This document shows positions 39,334 to 46,067 of a stretch of 64,000 bases of DNA, piece by piece. Below the pieces are notes generated by a model. It ran no database searches. It was not told where the DNA came from and saw only the letters and a list, made by a program, of their open reading frames with translations. The stretch comes from a virus. Taxonomy: Duplodnaviria; Caudoviricetes. The translations under genes and the position numbers were made by a program. Location of the stretch: IMG/VR virus record IMGVR_UViG_3300031564_000194, positions 3,114 to 67,113 of that record; one strand, written 5' to 3'. Every line of letters begins with the position of its first letter. Position 1 is the stretch's first letter.

Positions 39334-39548
39334 TGTTCAGTATCTACTTCAACCCTCGCCTCGCCAAATGGCAAGTCCGTCTTCTCAAGTTCGGCTTCCT
39401 TTGGATTCCGATCAAGAATGCTGAGTTCGACAAACTCATCGAAGCCCGTAACTGGGTGCAACAAAAAGGTCTGGATCGTCACTACGACGAGATGACCTAC
39501 AAAGGTAAGTACCTCAATTTCCCCCATTTCGCACAAGGAGTGAAGTAA
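39330..39548 (+). CDS. hypothetical protein, 72 aa
   Basis: ORF track; coupled. Confidence 0.55.
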   Translation: MMFSIYFNPRLAKWQVRLLKFGFLWIPIKNAEFDKLIEARNWVQQKGLDRHYDEMTYKGKYLNFPHFAQGVK

Positions 39549-39880
39549 TGAGCAAGTTCGAAAAAGGTCACAAGCAAGCCCAGGAAGTTACCGAAGAACG
39601 TGACGCGACGTTTCGCGCAATCAAGGGTGACAAGTGGGCTGAGATTGCTGAAATCTACTGTGGCCTGCTGAGCTTCGTTCCCATTGTGGTCGCCACTGGT
39701 AATCCGATGATGACCATCCTGGGTAGCCAACAGATCAGCGCTCTGATCAAGCAAGTGGGTAAATCCCATGGCCTCAATGAGGCTGAGATCAAGGAAATCC
39801 ACGAGTGGGCTGACGGCACCTGCGCACAGATTCGCGCCATCGCCAAGAAGACAACCCAGGACTCTGACAGTCTCAATTGA
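39548..39880 (+). CDS. hypothetical protein, 110 aa
   Basis: ORF track; SD AAGGAG. Confidence 0.6.
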   Translation: MSKFEKGHKQAQEVTEERDATFRAIKGDKWAEIAEIYCGLLSFVPIVVATGNPMMTILGSQQISALIKQVGKSHGLNEAEIKEIHEWADGTCAQIRAIAKKTTQDSDSLN

Positions 39881-39889
39881 TGAGACACG

Positions 39890-39918
39890 TTCACAACTCT
39901 AAAGCACTCTGATAGAGT
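39890..39918 (+). promoter_or_regulatory. sigma70-like promoter of the operon leading into the RNA island
   Basis: TTCACA-17 nt-TAGAGT; spacer ACTCTAAAGCACTCTGA; overlaps the palindrome GCACTCT-GAT-AGAGTGC. Confidence 0.55.
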
Positions 39919-40131
39919 GCACAACCTATCTTGGTAAGCGATGGTGATTCATAAAACCTGCAGTCCAACGATCACGGGTGCTACATCCAGATACGAGCTG
40001 TAGCGCGGCAAGGGTACCATCCCCTGCCACGCGCAGGCACTGTAACCCGACCCGCGATCCTTTCAAATGGGTGACGCCGATAAACCCGCGAATGTAGCCC
40101 TCGGCACAACAACCAGCGTTCGGAGAAAACG

Positions 40132-40461
40132 ATGGCAGTCACGAAAGTGGTAGACCCTGATAACGACATGATGAGGATGATGACGAGAAACTATCTTCAT
40201 CCTCATAGTCACCAACGTGAGCGTGAAAAAGATGAGTTCCTGTATCGAGCAATGAGAAGTCAACACGATGCAGAAGATGCCATCAAAGAACTCATGCGCA
40301 GAAACGAAAAGTTGGAATACGAAATCCGTGTTCGTGAGAATGCACTCATGCAGAACCAGATGATGGCGTATCCACACAATCTCAACGAATCAGCAAAACA
40401 GAAGATTTCCAAAGCTCCTTCTGTGAAGCAATCCAAAGTTCTTTTACTGCTGTCCCACTAA
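40132..40461 (+). CDS. hypothetical coiled-coil protein, 109 aa
   Basis: ORF track; SD GGAG. Confidence 0.5.
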   Translation: MAVTKVVDPDNDMMRMMTRNYLHPHSHQREREKDEFLYRAMRSQHDAEDAIKELMRRNEKLEYEIRVRENALMQNQMMAYPHNLNESAKQKISKAPSVKQSKVLLLLSH

Positions 40462-40476
40462 CCAAGGAGAAACACC

Positions 40477-40767
40477 GTGGCTTTCAAAGTCAAACCCTTC
40501 CGTGAAGTACTCGCTCTGACCAAGGAAAAGCTCGACGAGGCCCTGGCACCCATCCGTGCTAAGTCCGCCAAGGCAAAAGCTGATCTCGAAGTCGCAACAC
40601 TGCAAGAAAAGCTGATCGACCTCGAAACCAAGATTCACACCAAGTGTGCTGAACGCGAACTGAACTTCGGCGCCATCGCTGAACTGATCGACGAATACGA
40701 ACTGCTGGAGCGCCGCCTCAAGCAAATCGAACGTCTGGTCGACGAACTCTTCCCCACAACTGAATAA
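40477..40767 (+). CDS. coiled-coil hypothetical protein, 96 aa
   Basis: ORF track; SD AAGGAG. Confidence 0.65.
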   Translation: MAFKVKPFREVLALTKEKLDEALAPIRAKSAKAKADLEVATLQEKLIDLETKIHTKCAERELNFGAIAELIDEYELLERRLKQIERLVDELFPTTE

Positions 40768-40778
40768 GGATCACCGTC

Positions 40779-41210
40779 ATGAAAAAGCTCATCATTGCCT
40801 GCATCACTCTCGTGCTCTCCGTTGGAGCGCTATCCTCTCTGATGGGATGCAGCAAGGAAGTCTCCAGTGACCGCCTGGAAGAAGCTCGCTCCGTCGCCAA
40901 GACCAACGCCGAAATGAACGCTCAGCTGTATCGCGCAGCGAACCCGCGTTTCACCGGCGACTACTCCATCATCGCTCGTAGTGATGACGGCCAGAACCCT
41001 AGCTGCCCTCAAGGCGACGGCTGGGCACAAGTCTCCGTCATGAAGGTGGATGGCAAGGTAGTCGACAAGACTGTCCTGATGTGTTCCACCTACAGCACCT
41101 CTGTCGGTTGCTACCGCGAGGAAGACTTCAACAAGACGCCGAACCTCGCCAAGCAAAACTCTGGCTGCAGCCACGACGTACCGTTCCCGCTGCCGGTTCT
41201 GAAGAAGTGA
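40779..41210 (+). CDS. lipoprotein, 143 aa
   Basis: Signal peptide MKKLIIACITLVLSVGALSSLMG-C with lipobox; further paired Cys. Confidence 0.75.
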   Translation: MKKLIIACITLVLSVGALSSLMGCSKEVSSDRLEEARSVAKTNAEMNAQLYRAANPRFTGDYSIIARSDDGQNPSCPQGDGWAQVSVMKVDGKVVDKTVLMCSTYSTSVGCYREEDFNKTPNLAKQNSGCSHDVPFPLPVLKK

Positions 41211-41212
41211 CC

Positions 41213-41338
41213 ATGCTGCCCACCATCACACTCATCAACCTGTGCCAAGTCTTTGGCATCGGCGTGGTGGTGGGTAGCTGTCTGACCGGCTGGCTGGTCT
41301 ACAAGGTCGCTACCCGCAAGAAGAAAAAGGAGGGCTGA
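41213..41338 (+). CDS. small single-TM protein, 41 aa
   Basis: Hydrophobic core and basic C-terminus RKKKKEG. Confidence 0.45.
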   Translation: MLPTITLINLCQVFGIGVVVGSCLTGWLVYKVATRKKKKEG

Positions 41339-41340
41339 TC

Positions 41341-42036
41341 GTGTCCGAGATCAACTCAAACATGAACGTTGACGATGTGTTTCTCACCATCATCAACAAC
41401 CAAAGTCACTATCGCAACTTGCTTACCTTTGTGAAAAAGGTAATCGAGAAACGGTATGACTATCGGGAATACCGTGCCCACGTCCTGTATGTACTTCGCA
41501 CCGCAGCTGGTGGAGGTCATGCTGACTGGGGTGCAAGGCAACAAATTCAAACTTCACAGTTGTGCGAGATGTTCTTCCTCCACTACTACGAAGAAGCTGC
41601 TGGAAAGCCACGCACTGCAAGAGTTGTTGATCACTTCCGGGCGTTCTGCCCTGGCTGGGCTGCAGGTCAAGCCCGTGGTGATCGAACCAACTTCAATCGT
41701 GACCAAGAATCCACCTGCACGTACTACCAAGAGAGTTCAGCCGTTTCAGTTGCTGAATCCATTGAGCAATACCTGAACCCAAAAGACAACCCTGTTAAGG
41801 AGCAAGACATGAGCACTGCCAATTCCGTCGTCGCCATCGAAACCAAAACCTTCGTCTATGGTCAAGAAGCATCCACCCTGACCGATGACCAAATCTTTGG
41901 CTACATCGCCAAGATCGAAAAGGAAATCGACGATCTGGACAAGATCAAGCGCAAGCCCAAGAAGCTGCAAGCCAAGATCGACCAGATGAAGAGCGACATC
42001 GACAAGCTCACCGAATTCGTGGACAACCGCGAGTAA
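41341..42036 (+). CDS. hypothetical protein, 231 aa, with probable in-frame internal start at 41809 (75-aa coiled-coil product)
   Basis: ORF track; SD AAGGAG before ATG 41809. Confidence 0.6.
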   Translation: MSEINSNMNVDDVFLTIINNQSHYRNLLTFVKKVIEKRYDYREYRAHVLYVLRTAAGGGHADWGARQQIQTSQLCEMFFLHYYEEAAGKPRTARVVDHFRAFCPGWAAGQARGDRTNFNRDQESTCTYYQESSAVSVAESIEQYLNPKDNPVKEQDMSTANSVVAIETKTFVYGQEASTLTDDQIFGYIAKIEKEIDDLDKIKRKPKKLQAKIDQMKSDIDKLTEFVDNRE

Positions 42037-42048
42037 ACCGAATCCAAC

Positions 42049-42111
42049 GGTGGTGTTTGAGTACGGGTTCATCTTTGGGAGATAAATCCCCGTGCTCGTT
42101 CTGTTCCCCGT
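42049..42111 (+). ncRNA. Y-RNA-like repeat 1 (terminal stem only, no tRNA module)
   Basis: CGGTGGTG 5' motif and CTGTTCCCCG 3' motif as in the other repeats; GAGTACGGG/CCCGTGCTC stem; small ATCT/AGAT hairpin. Confidence 0.6.
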
Positions 42112-42119
42112 TAAACGAA

Positions 42120-42183
<64 letters not shown>

Positions 42184-42287
42184 GACAGCAACTCGGCAGG
42201 TCAGTTAAGCGTTGTGCACGACGCTGAACGCTGTCAGAGACTTCACCCGAAGTATCCGCGATACAAAAGCGAGGGTTGCTGCCTCGT

Positions 42288-42540
42288 GGGGGTGTAACGG
42301 TCTCGACAGGGTAGGTGAACGGAGAAGGCAACAGGATAGGCGACTGACCTAATCAGCGCAAAACAAGCAAACGCCAATGACGACGTTTTCGCTGTTCGCG
42401 CCGCTGCCTAATAAGCAGTAGCTGAACCGAGTATCCACCCCCGGCCAGGGCCGTACCTTGGCTGCTTGGGAACAGAAAGGGGTGGAAGTATTCGTTGGTA
42501 AAGCCTTGCCCAGAGCGCAACCCGGAGGCAACCGGGACTT
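42288..42540 (+). ncRNA. ssrA: two-piece tmRNA, coding piece (tag ANDDVFAVRAAA at 42373-42411); 3' end approximate
   Basis: GGGGGTG pairs with CACCTCC giving the G3:U70 Ala identity pair; GGTCTCGACAGGG D-loop analogue; pk1 TAGG/CCTA + CTGA/TCAG; tag ORF ending TAA TAA. Confidence 0.9.
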
Positions 42541-42559
42541 TCAACCAAAGGAGATTTTC

Positions 42560-42709
42560 ATGGCCGCAAACAAGAAGCATCGCAATCTGACTGCAGCGAC
42601 AAGCTGGCAAGCTGGTTACACCGAACCTTCCAAGCCTGCATCCAAGAAGGGTGGCAAGTATCCCGGCCATCAGCAGTTCGATTCCAAGCTGCGCTCCAAG
42701 CGTAAGTAA
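42560..42709 (+). CDS. basic 49-aa protein (MAANKKHRNL...DSKLRSKRK)
   Basis: SD AAGGAG, ATG 42560. Confidence 0.6.
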   Translation: MAANKKHRNLTAATSWQAGYTEPSKPASKKGGKYPGHQQFDSKLRSKRK

Positions 42710-42717
42710 CGAAATTC

Positions 42718-42850
42718 GTGGTGGCGTAGGTAAGGGTTACTTCATCCCAAGCAGCGGGTCGCAGGTTCGAGTCCTGCCATTGGTCTAGGCCGATGTAGCT
42801 CAGTTGGCAGAGCAGCCGCCATCGAACACCCTAACCGACTTGTTCCCCAC
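42718..42850 (+). ncRNA. yrlA: YrlA-like Y RNA, repeat 2 (permuted tRNA module)
   Basis: GTGGTGGCG..GTTACTTC / TTGTTCCCCAC ends; T-arm GCAGG-TTCGAGT-CCTGC precedes a closed acceptor stem and the D-arm GCTC-AGTTGGCA-GAGC. Confidence 0.85.
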
Positions 42851-42862
42851 ATCAACTTTTTC

Positions 42863-42995
42863 GCGGTGGTGATAGATACAGATACTTCTCCATTTCAAGG
42901 AGGTAACGCAGGTTCGAATCCTGCTGGCTCACCAAGTGAGTCATCGTCTAGTGGCCCAGGACACCTAAAAAGCACTGTGTCGATCTGTTCCCCGC
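42863..42995 (+). ncRNA. yrlA: YrlA-like Y RNA, repeat 3 (permuted tRNA-Glu(UUC)-like module)
   Basis: TCTCC-ATTTCAA-GGAGG, TAAC, GCAGG-TTCGAAT-CCTGC, TGGCTCA/TGAGTCA, GTCT-AGTGGCCCA-GGAC; flanked by GCGGTGGTG / CTGTTCCCCGC. Confidence 0.85.
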
Positions 42996-43020
42996 AACAA
43001 CATCAAACCGGAGTCCGTCA

Positions 43021-43236
43021 ATGAAATTGCTTACCATCGAACAACTCAAGAAGCTGCGTATCGAACGTGGTGAAAATCAAGGTGTCTTCTGGGGCCGCGT
43101 GCGTGTTACCCAAAGCGGATCATCCCGCTACGAATCGGGTCGCAAGCCTAATGAGCATGTGTTGATCACTGCCACCCTGGTCTACGGCACAGAAGCCCAA
43201 AAGAAAGCTGTCCTGAAAGAACTCCAGGCAGCGTAA
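43021..43236 (+). CDS. XRE-family helix-turn-helix regulator, 71 aa
   Basis: LKKLRIERGENQGVFWGRVRVTQSGSSRYESGR, resembling the betaproteobacterial NQxxFWxRxGVTQSGGSRYESGR family. Confidence 0.8.
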   Translation: MKLLTIEQLKKLRIERGENQGVFWGRVRVTQSGSSRYESGRKPNEHVLITATLVYGTEAQKKAVLKELQAA

Positions 43237-43243
43237 CGATTTT

Positions 43244-43371
43244 GCGGTGGTGATAGGTACAGATACTTCGCCTTTTAAGCGAGAGGTCGCTGGTTCGAAT
43301 CCAGCCAGAGTGTCGACGCTGTAGCTCAGTTGGATAGAGCACTTACGTGCCTGTACCGATCTGTTCCCCGC
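43244..43371 (+). ncRNA. yrlA: YrlA-like Y RNA, repeat 4 (permuted tRNA-Lys(UUU)-like module)
   Basis: TTCGC-CTTTTAA-GCGAG, AGGTC, GCTGG-TTCGAAT-CCAGC, short closed acceptor, GCTC-AGTTGGATA-GAGC; same flanks; GGTACAG/CTGTACC stem. Confidence 0.85.
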
Positions 43372-43376
43372 ACCTA

Positions 43377-43500
43377 ACGTCGTCACCGATGGACGTAAGC
43401 AATCGGCACCCGATACCAGTCAATCCTGCGAGGACTGCATGCTTCCGTATGAGCAGAAAGACTACAACGGTATCTCCGCACGATGGGTAAGCGGAAAGAT
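43377..43500 (+). ncRNA. unidentified structured RNA (H-type pseudoknot + three-way junction + hairpin)
   Basis: ACGTC/GACGT with CCGAT/ATCGG; GATACC/GGTATC enclosing TCCT/AGGA and TGCT/AGCA; TCCGC/GCGGA. Confidence 0.45.
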
Positions 43501-43503
43501 TTC

Positions 43504-43624
43504 GCAGTGGCGTAGATGACAGTTACTTCGGATAGAGCGTCAGTCGAAAGACTGAAGGTCGTTGGTTCAAACCCAACCGGCTGAAATGCCGTAGCTCAGT
43601 TTTACTGCATCGTCCGTTCCCTGC
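43504..43624 (+). ncRNA. yrlA: YrlA-like Y RNA, repeat 5 (tRNA module opened in the D-loop)
   Basis: GGATAGAGC, TCAGTC-GAAA-GACTGA, AGGTC, GTTGG-TTCAAAC-CCAAC, CGGC/GCCG, TA-GCTCAG; flanks GCAGTGGCG..GTTACTTC / CCGTTCCCTGC. Confidence 0.8.
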
Positions 43625-43634
43625 ACTTAGTTTT

Positions 43635-43695
43635 AAGTGGTGTCAGACATGGTTACTTCCTGCGACGAAACTACACCATGTCAACTTGTTCCCTT
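43635..43695 (+). ncRNA. Y-RNA-like repeat 6 (terminal stem only), abutting the rsr ribosome-binding site
   Basis: AAGTGGTG..GTTACTTC / TTGTTCCCTT; GACATGGT/ACCATGTC stem. Confidence 0.7.
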
Positions 43696-43708
43696 AATGG
43701 AGAAAGCA

Positions 43709-45166
43709 ATGTCCAGTCTCAACCGCAACACCGTAACCCCTGCACCTCGTACTGCTGAAGGCGGCATCGCCGCACGAATCTCGCCACTACAAGAACTGAT
43801 TCGTCTATCCATGGCTTGCATGCTGTGGGAAGACGGCTTCTACATCGACGGCCAAACCGTCGCCAACCGGATCACCACTCTTGTGCACTCCGTTACCTTG
43901 GCGCAAGCCTCTGGCGTAGCCATCGAAGCACGGAACAAAATGAAGCTGCGCCATGTACCGCTGTTGATCTGCCGTGCCATGGCAAGTCATCCAAAGCGCA
44001 CAGGTAAAGATGCGAGCTTCAAAGGTGCTGTTGGTGATGGAAACCACACATCGTGGATTAGCCTCACCCTGGCTGAAGTCATTCAACGGCCCGACGAACT
44101 TACTGAGTTCCTGGCCATCTACTGGAAGGACGGCAAATGCCCTCTGTCGAAACAAGTCAAGCTGGGCCTTGCCAAAGCCTTCAGCAAGTTCAACGAGTAC
44201 CAACTCGCCAAGTACAACCGGGCCAAGGACATCACCCTCAAGGATGTGCTGTTCCTTTGCCATTCCAAGCCCCAGGATGTACCTGCTTCAGCGGAGAAGT
44301 GGGACAAGGTTGCTCGCGCCACCTATGGCGCTACCCTGGATAGTAGCGAAGTCCGGCCCAATGGTTTCACCGAAGGTGAATTGCTCTACGGCAAACTGAT
44401 CTACGACCAGTTGGAGACCCCTGATACCTGGGAAGTAGAACTGAGTCAGTCCAAGGACAAGAAGTCCAGCTGGCTTCGCTTGATCAGCGAAAACAAACTG
44501 GGAGACCTGGCTTTCTTGCGCAACCTGCGCAACATGCTTGAAGCTGGAATCATCCCAGCTGCAATCGCAGAAAGCGGTGATACTCGTAAATGGGGGCGTG
44601 TGCTGCCCTTCCGCTTCATTGCAGCTGCTCGCATGGTGCCCGTGTTGGAACCCATGCTGGAACGCTGGATGCTTAGCTGCTTGGCGAACGCCGAAAAGCT
44701 GCCCGGTATCACACGACTTTACGTCGATGTATCACGCTCCATGCAAGAAAAGCTCAGTTCCAAATCTGACCTCACCCGTCTGGATGCTGCCAAGGCATTG
44801 GCTATCCTGCTGCGCGAAATCTGCCAAGAGGTGTACATCTACACCTTCAACACACAGGCTTCGATCATCCCGGCTCGTTCTGGCTTCGCACTGGCTGATG
44901 CCATCGGCTCGCCTCGTGGTGGCACATCTGTTGGTTCGATGTACAGCAGTACAAACCATAGCGTAGGCCACAGTGAGATCGAACGCGACATCATCATCAC
45001 CGATGAACAAAGTCGTGATCGGATCTGCAACCCTATTGCCAAGCGCGGTTACTTCATCAATGTCGGTTCCAACAAGAACGGTATTGGTTACGGCCCCTGG
45101 CTCCATGTGGACGGCTTCTCTGAATCCGTCGTCGATTACATCCGTCAGTATGAGCAGTCTCTCTGA
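43709..45166 (+). CDS. rsr: Ro60-related TROVE + vWA RNA-binding protein, 485 aa
   Basis: Start ATG 43709 (SD GGAG); TROVE motifs KLRHVPL, TWEVELS, AFLRNLRNM, LPFRFIAA; vWA MIDAS VDVSRSM, GGT, IIITDEQ. Confidence 0.92.
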   Translation: MSSLNRNTVTPAPRTAEGGIAARISPLQELIRLSMACMLWEDGFYIDGQTVANRITTLVHSVTLAQASGVAIEARNKMKLRHVPLLICRAMASHPKRTGKDASFKGAVGDGNHTSWISLTLAEVIQRPDELTEFLAIYWKDGKCPLSKQVKLGLAKAFSKFNEYQLAKYNRAKDITLKDVLFLCHSKPQDVPASAEKWDKVARATYGATLDSSEVRPNGFTEGELLYGKLIYDQLETPDTWEVELSQSKDKKSSWLRLISENKLGDLAFLRNLRNMLEAGIIPAAIAESGDTRKWGRVLPFRFIAAARMVPVLEPMLERWMLSCLANAEKLPGITRLYVDVSRSMQEKLSSKSDLTRLDAAKALAILLREICQEVYIYTFNTQASIIPARSGFALADAIGSPRGGTSVGSMYSSTNHSVGHSEIERDIIITDEQSRDRICNPIAKRGYFINVGSNKNGIGYGPWLHVDGFSESVVDYIRQYEQSL

Positions 45167-45353
45167 ATACGACAAAGCCGAACGTCAACGTCTGCTCGAA
45201 GAGAACATCAATCTTCGGGCAGACAATGAAGGTTATCGTAAAGATGTCGAAGAACTGGTGATCCAGGCCCTGGTAATGCAGTCTCTGATCAATGAACAAA
45301 ACGGCACGATCCAGAAATTAGTGAAGCGATTGAACTTGAAAGTAGTGAGATGA
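45150..45353 (+). CDS. coiled-coil hypothetical protein, 67 aa
   Basis: ATG 45150 overlapping the end of rsr. Confidence 0.45.
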   Translation: MSSLSEYDKAERQRLLEENINLRADNEGYRKDVEELVIQALVMQSLINEQNGTIQKLVKRLNLKVVR

Positions 45354-45580
45354 CAACTGATCAAAAGATAATGACTGTGATCGCTGTGTATATAACTGCA
45401 GCAGTGATTTGCTTTGGCCCAGCCATGGTTGAAAGTGCGAGAGCAGAACAGGAAGCCTATATGGTGTGCTTAGCTCGCTCACCTCAAGCATATTACTGCG
45501 GTCAAGGTGGAGCAGTCGTTGAAGCTGCGGTCAAGGTTATGTTCTGGCCTTTGTGGTTGAGTTACAGGATTGCGAAATGA
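45350..45580 (+). CDS. small membrane protein, 76 aa
   Basis: Two hydrophobic segments; coupled. Confidence 0.5.
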   Translation: MTTDQKIMTVIAVYITAAVICFGPAMVESARAEQEAYMVCLARSPQAYYCGQGGAVVEAAVKVMFWPLWLSYRIAK

Positions 45581-45831
45581 GTGACGACATGTCCGAATAC
45601 TGGCGCGATGTAAAGCAAGCCAGTCAAGTGAAACGAGCCAGCAACCGAGAACAATCCGCTCAGATGCTGATCAAAGCAGGTGTCGTCTTTGAAGAAAAGA
45701 ACCATGGTGCTCACCTCATCGTGCAAGGTAAAACCTGCTTCGTGGACTTCTGGCCCGGTACTGGTCGTTGGAACAGTCGTGATGGAACTAAAGGCTTCGG
45801 AATTCATGCACTACTGGAGTATGTGAAATGA
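45577..45831 (+). CDS. hypothetical protein, 84 aa
   Basis: ATG 45577; VDFWPGTGRW motif common in phage small proteins. Confidence 0.6.
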   Translation: MSDDMSEYWRDVKQASQVKRASNREQSAQMLIKAGVVFEEKNHGAHLIVQGKTCFVDFWPGTGRWNSRDGTKGFGIHALLEYVK

Positions 45832-46031
45832 GCACTCTGTTCTACTGGGTTCCGATGAAGCCCCTACCCCCGCGTAAGCAAGCCTTCCTTCAGTTGAAGG
45901 CCAAGCGCTTTGACCGAGGCCCGAAGAACAAGCATGACTCCCGTGGCCCTTTCCGCGATGCTCACGGTAACGCACGCTTCATCACTCGGCACTTCGATGC
46001 TCGAATGAAAGCCAAGTACGGGAACATTTGA
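45828..46031 (+). CDS. basic hypothetical protein, 67 aa
   Basis: ORF track; SD GGAG. Confidence 0.5.
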   Translation: MSTLFYWVPMKPLPPRKQAFLQLKAKRFDRGPKNKHDSRGPFRDAHGNARFITRHFDARMKAKYGNI

Positions 46032-46067
46032 GCTACACTCTTACGCTCTCTTTCATCAGAGTACATC

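Noticed and set aside
40000-40050. Cobalamin riboswitch (GCACTGTAA resemblance)
   Set aside because: The other conserved elements (AGGGAA, GGUG/AAUCC, B12 box) are not found.
43418-43463. Hammerhead ribozyme in the three-way junction (stem-CTGCA-stem-GAAA-stem)
   Set aside because: The topology is similar, but the core reads CUGCA instead of CUGANGA and AA instead of UH at the cleavage site.
42718-43624. Calling units 2-5 ordinary tRNA genes or tRNA pseudogenes
   Set aside because: The arm order is permuted (T-arm before D-arm), the acceptor ends are joined by 4-6-nt loops with no correctly registered NCCA, and every unit sits within the same conserved terminal stem.
43637-43708. Upstream GTG start extending Ro60 to 509 aa
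   Set aside because: This stretch is Y-like unit 6; the ATG at 43709 has the SD.
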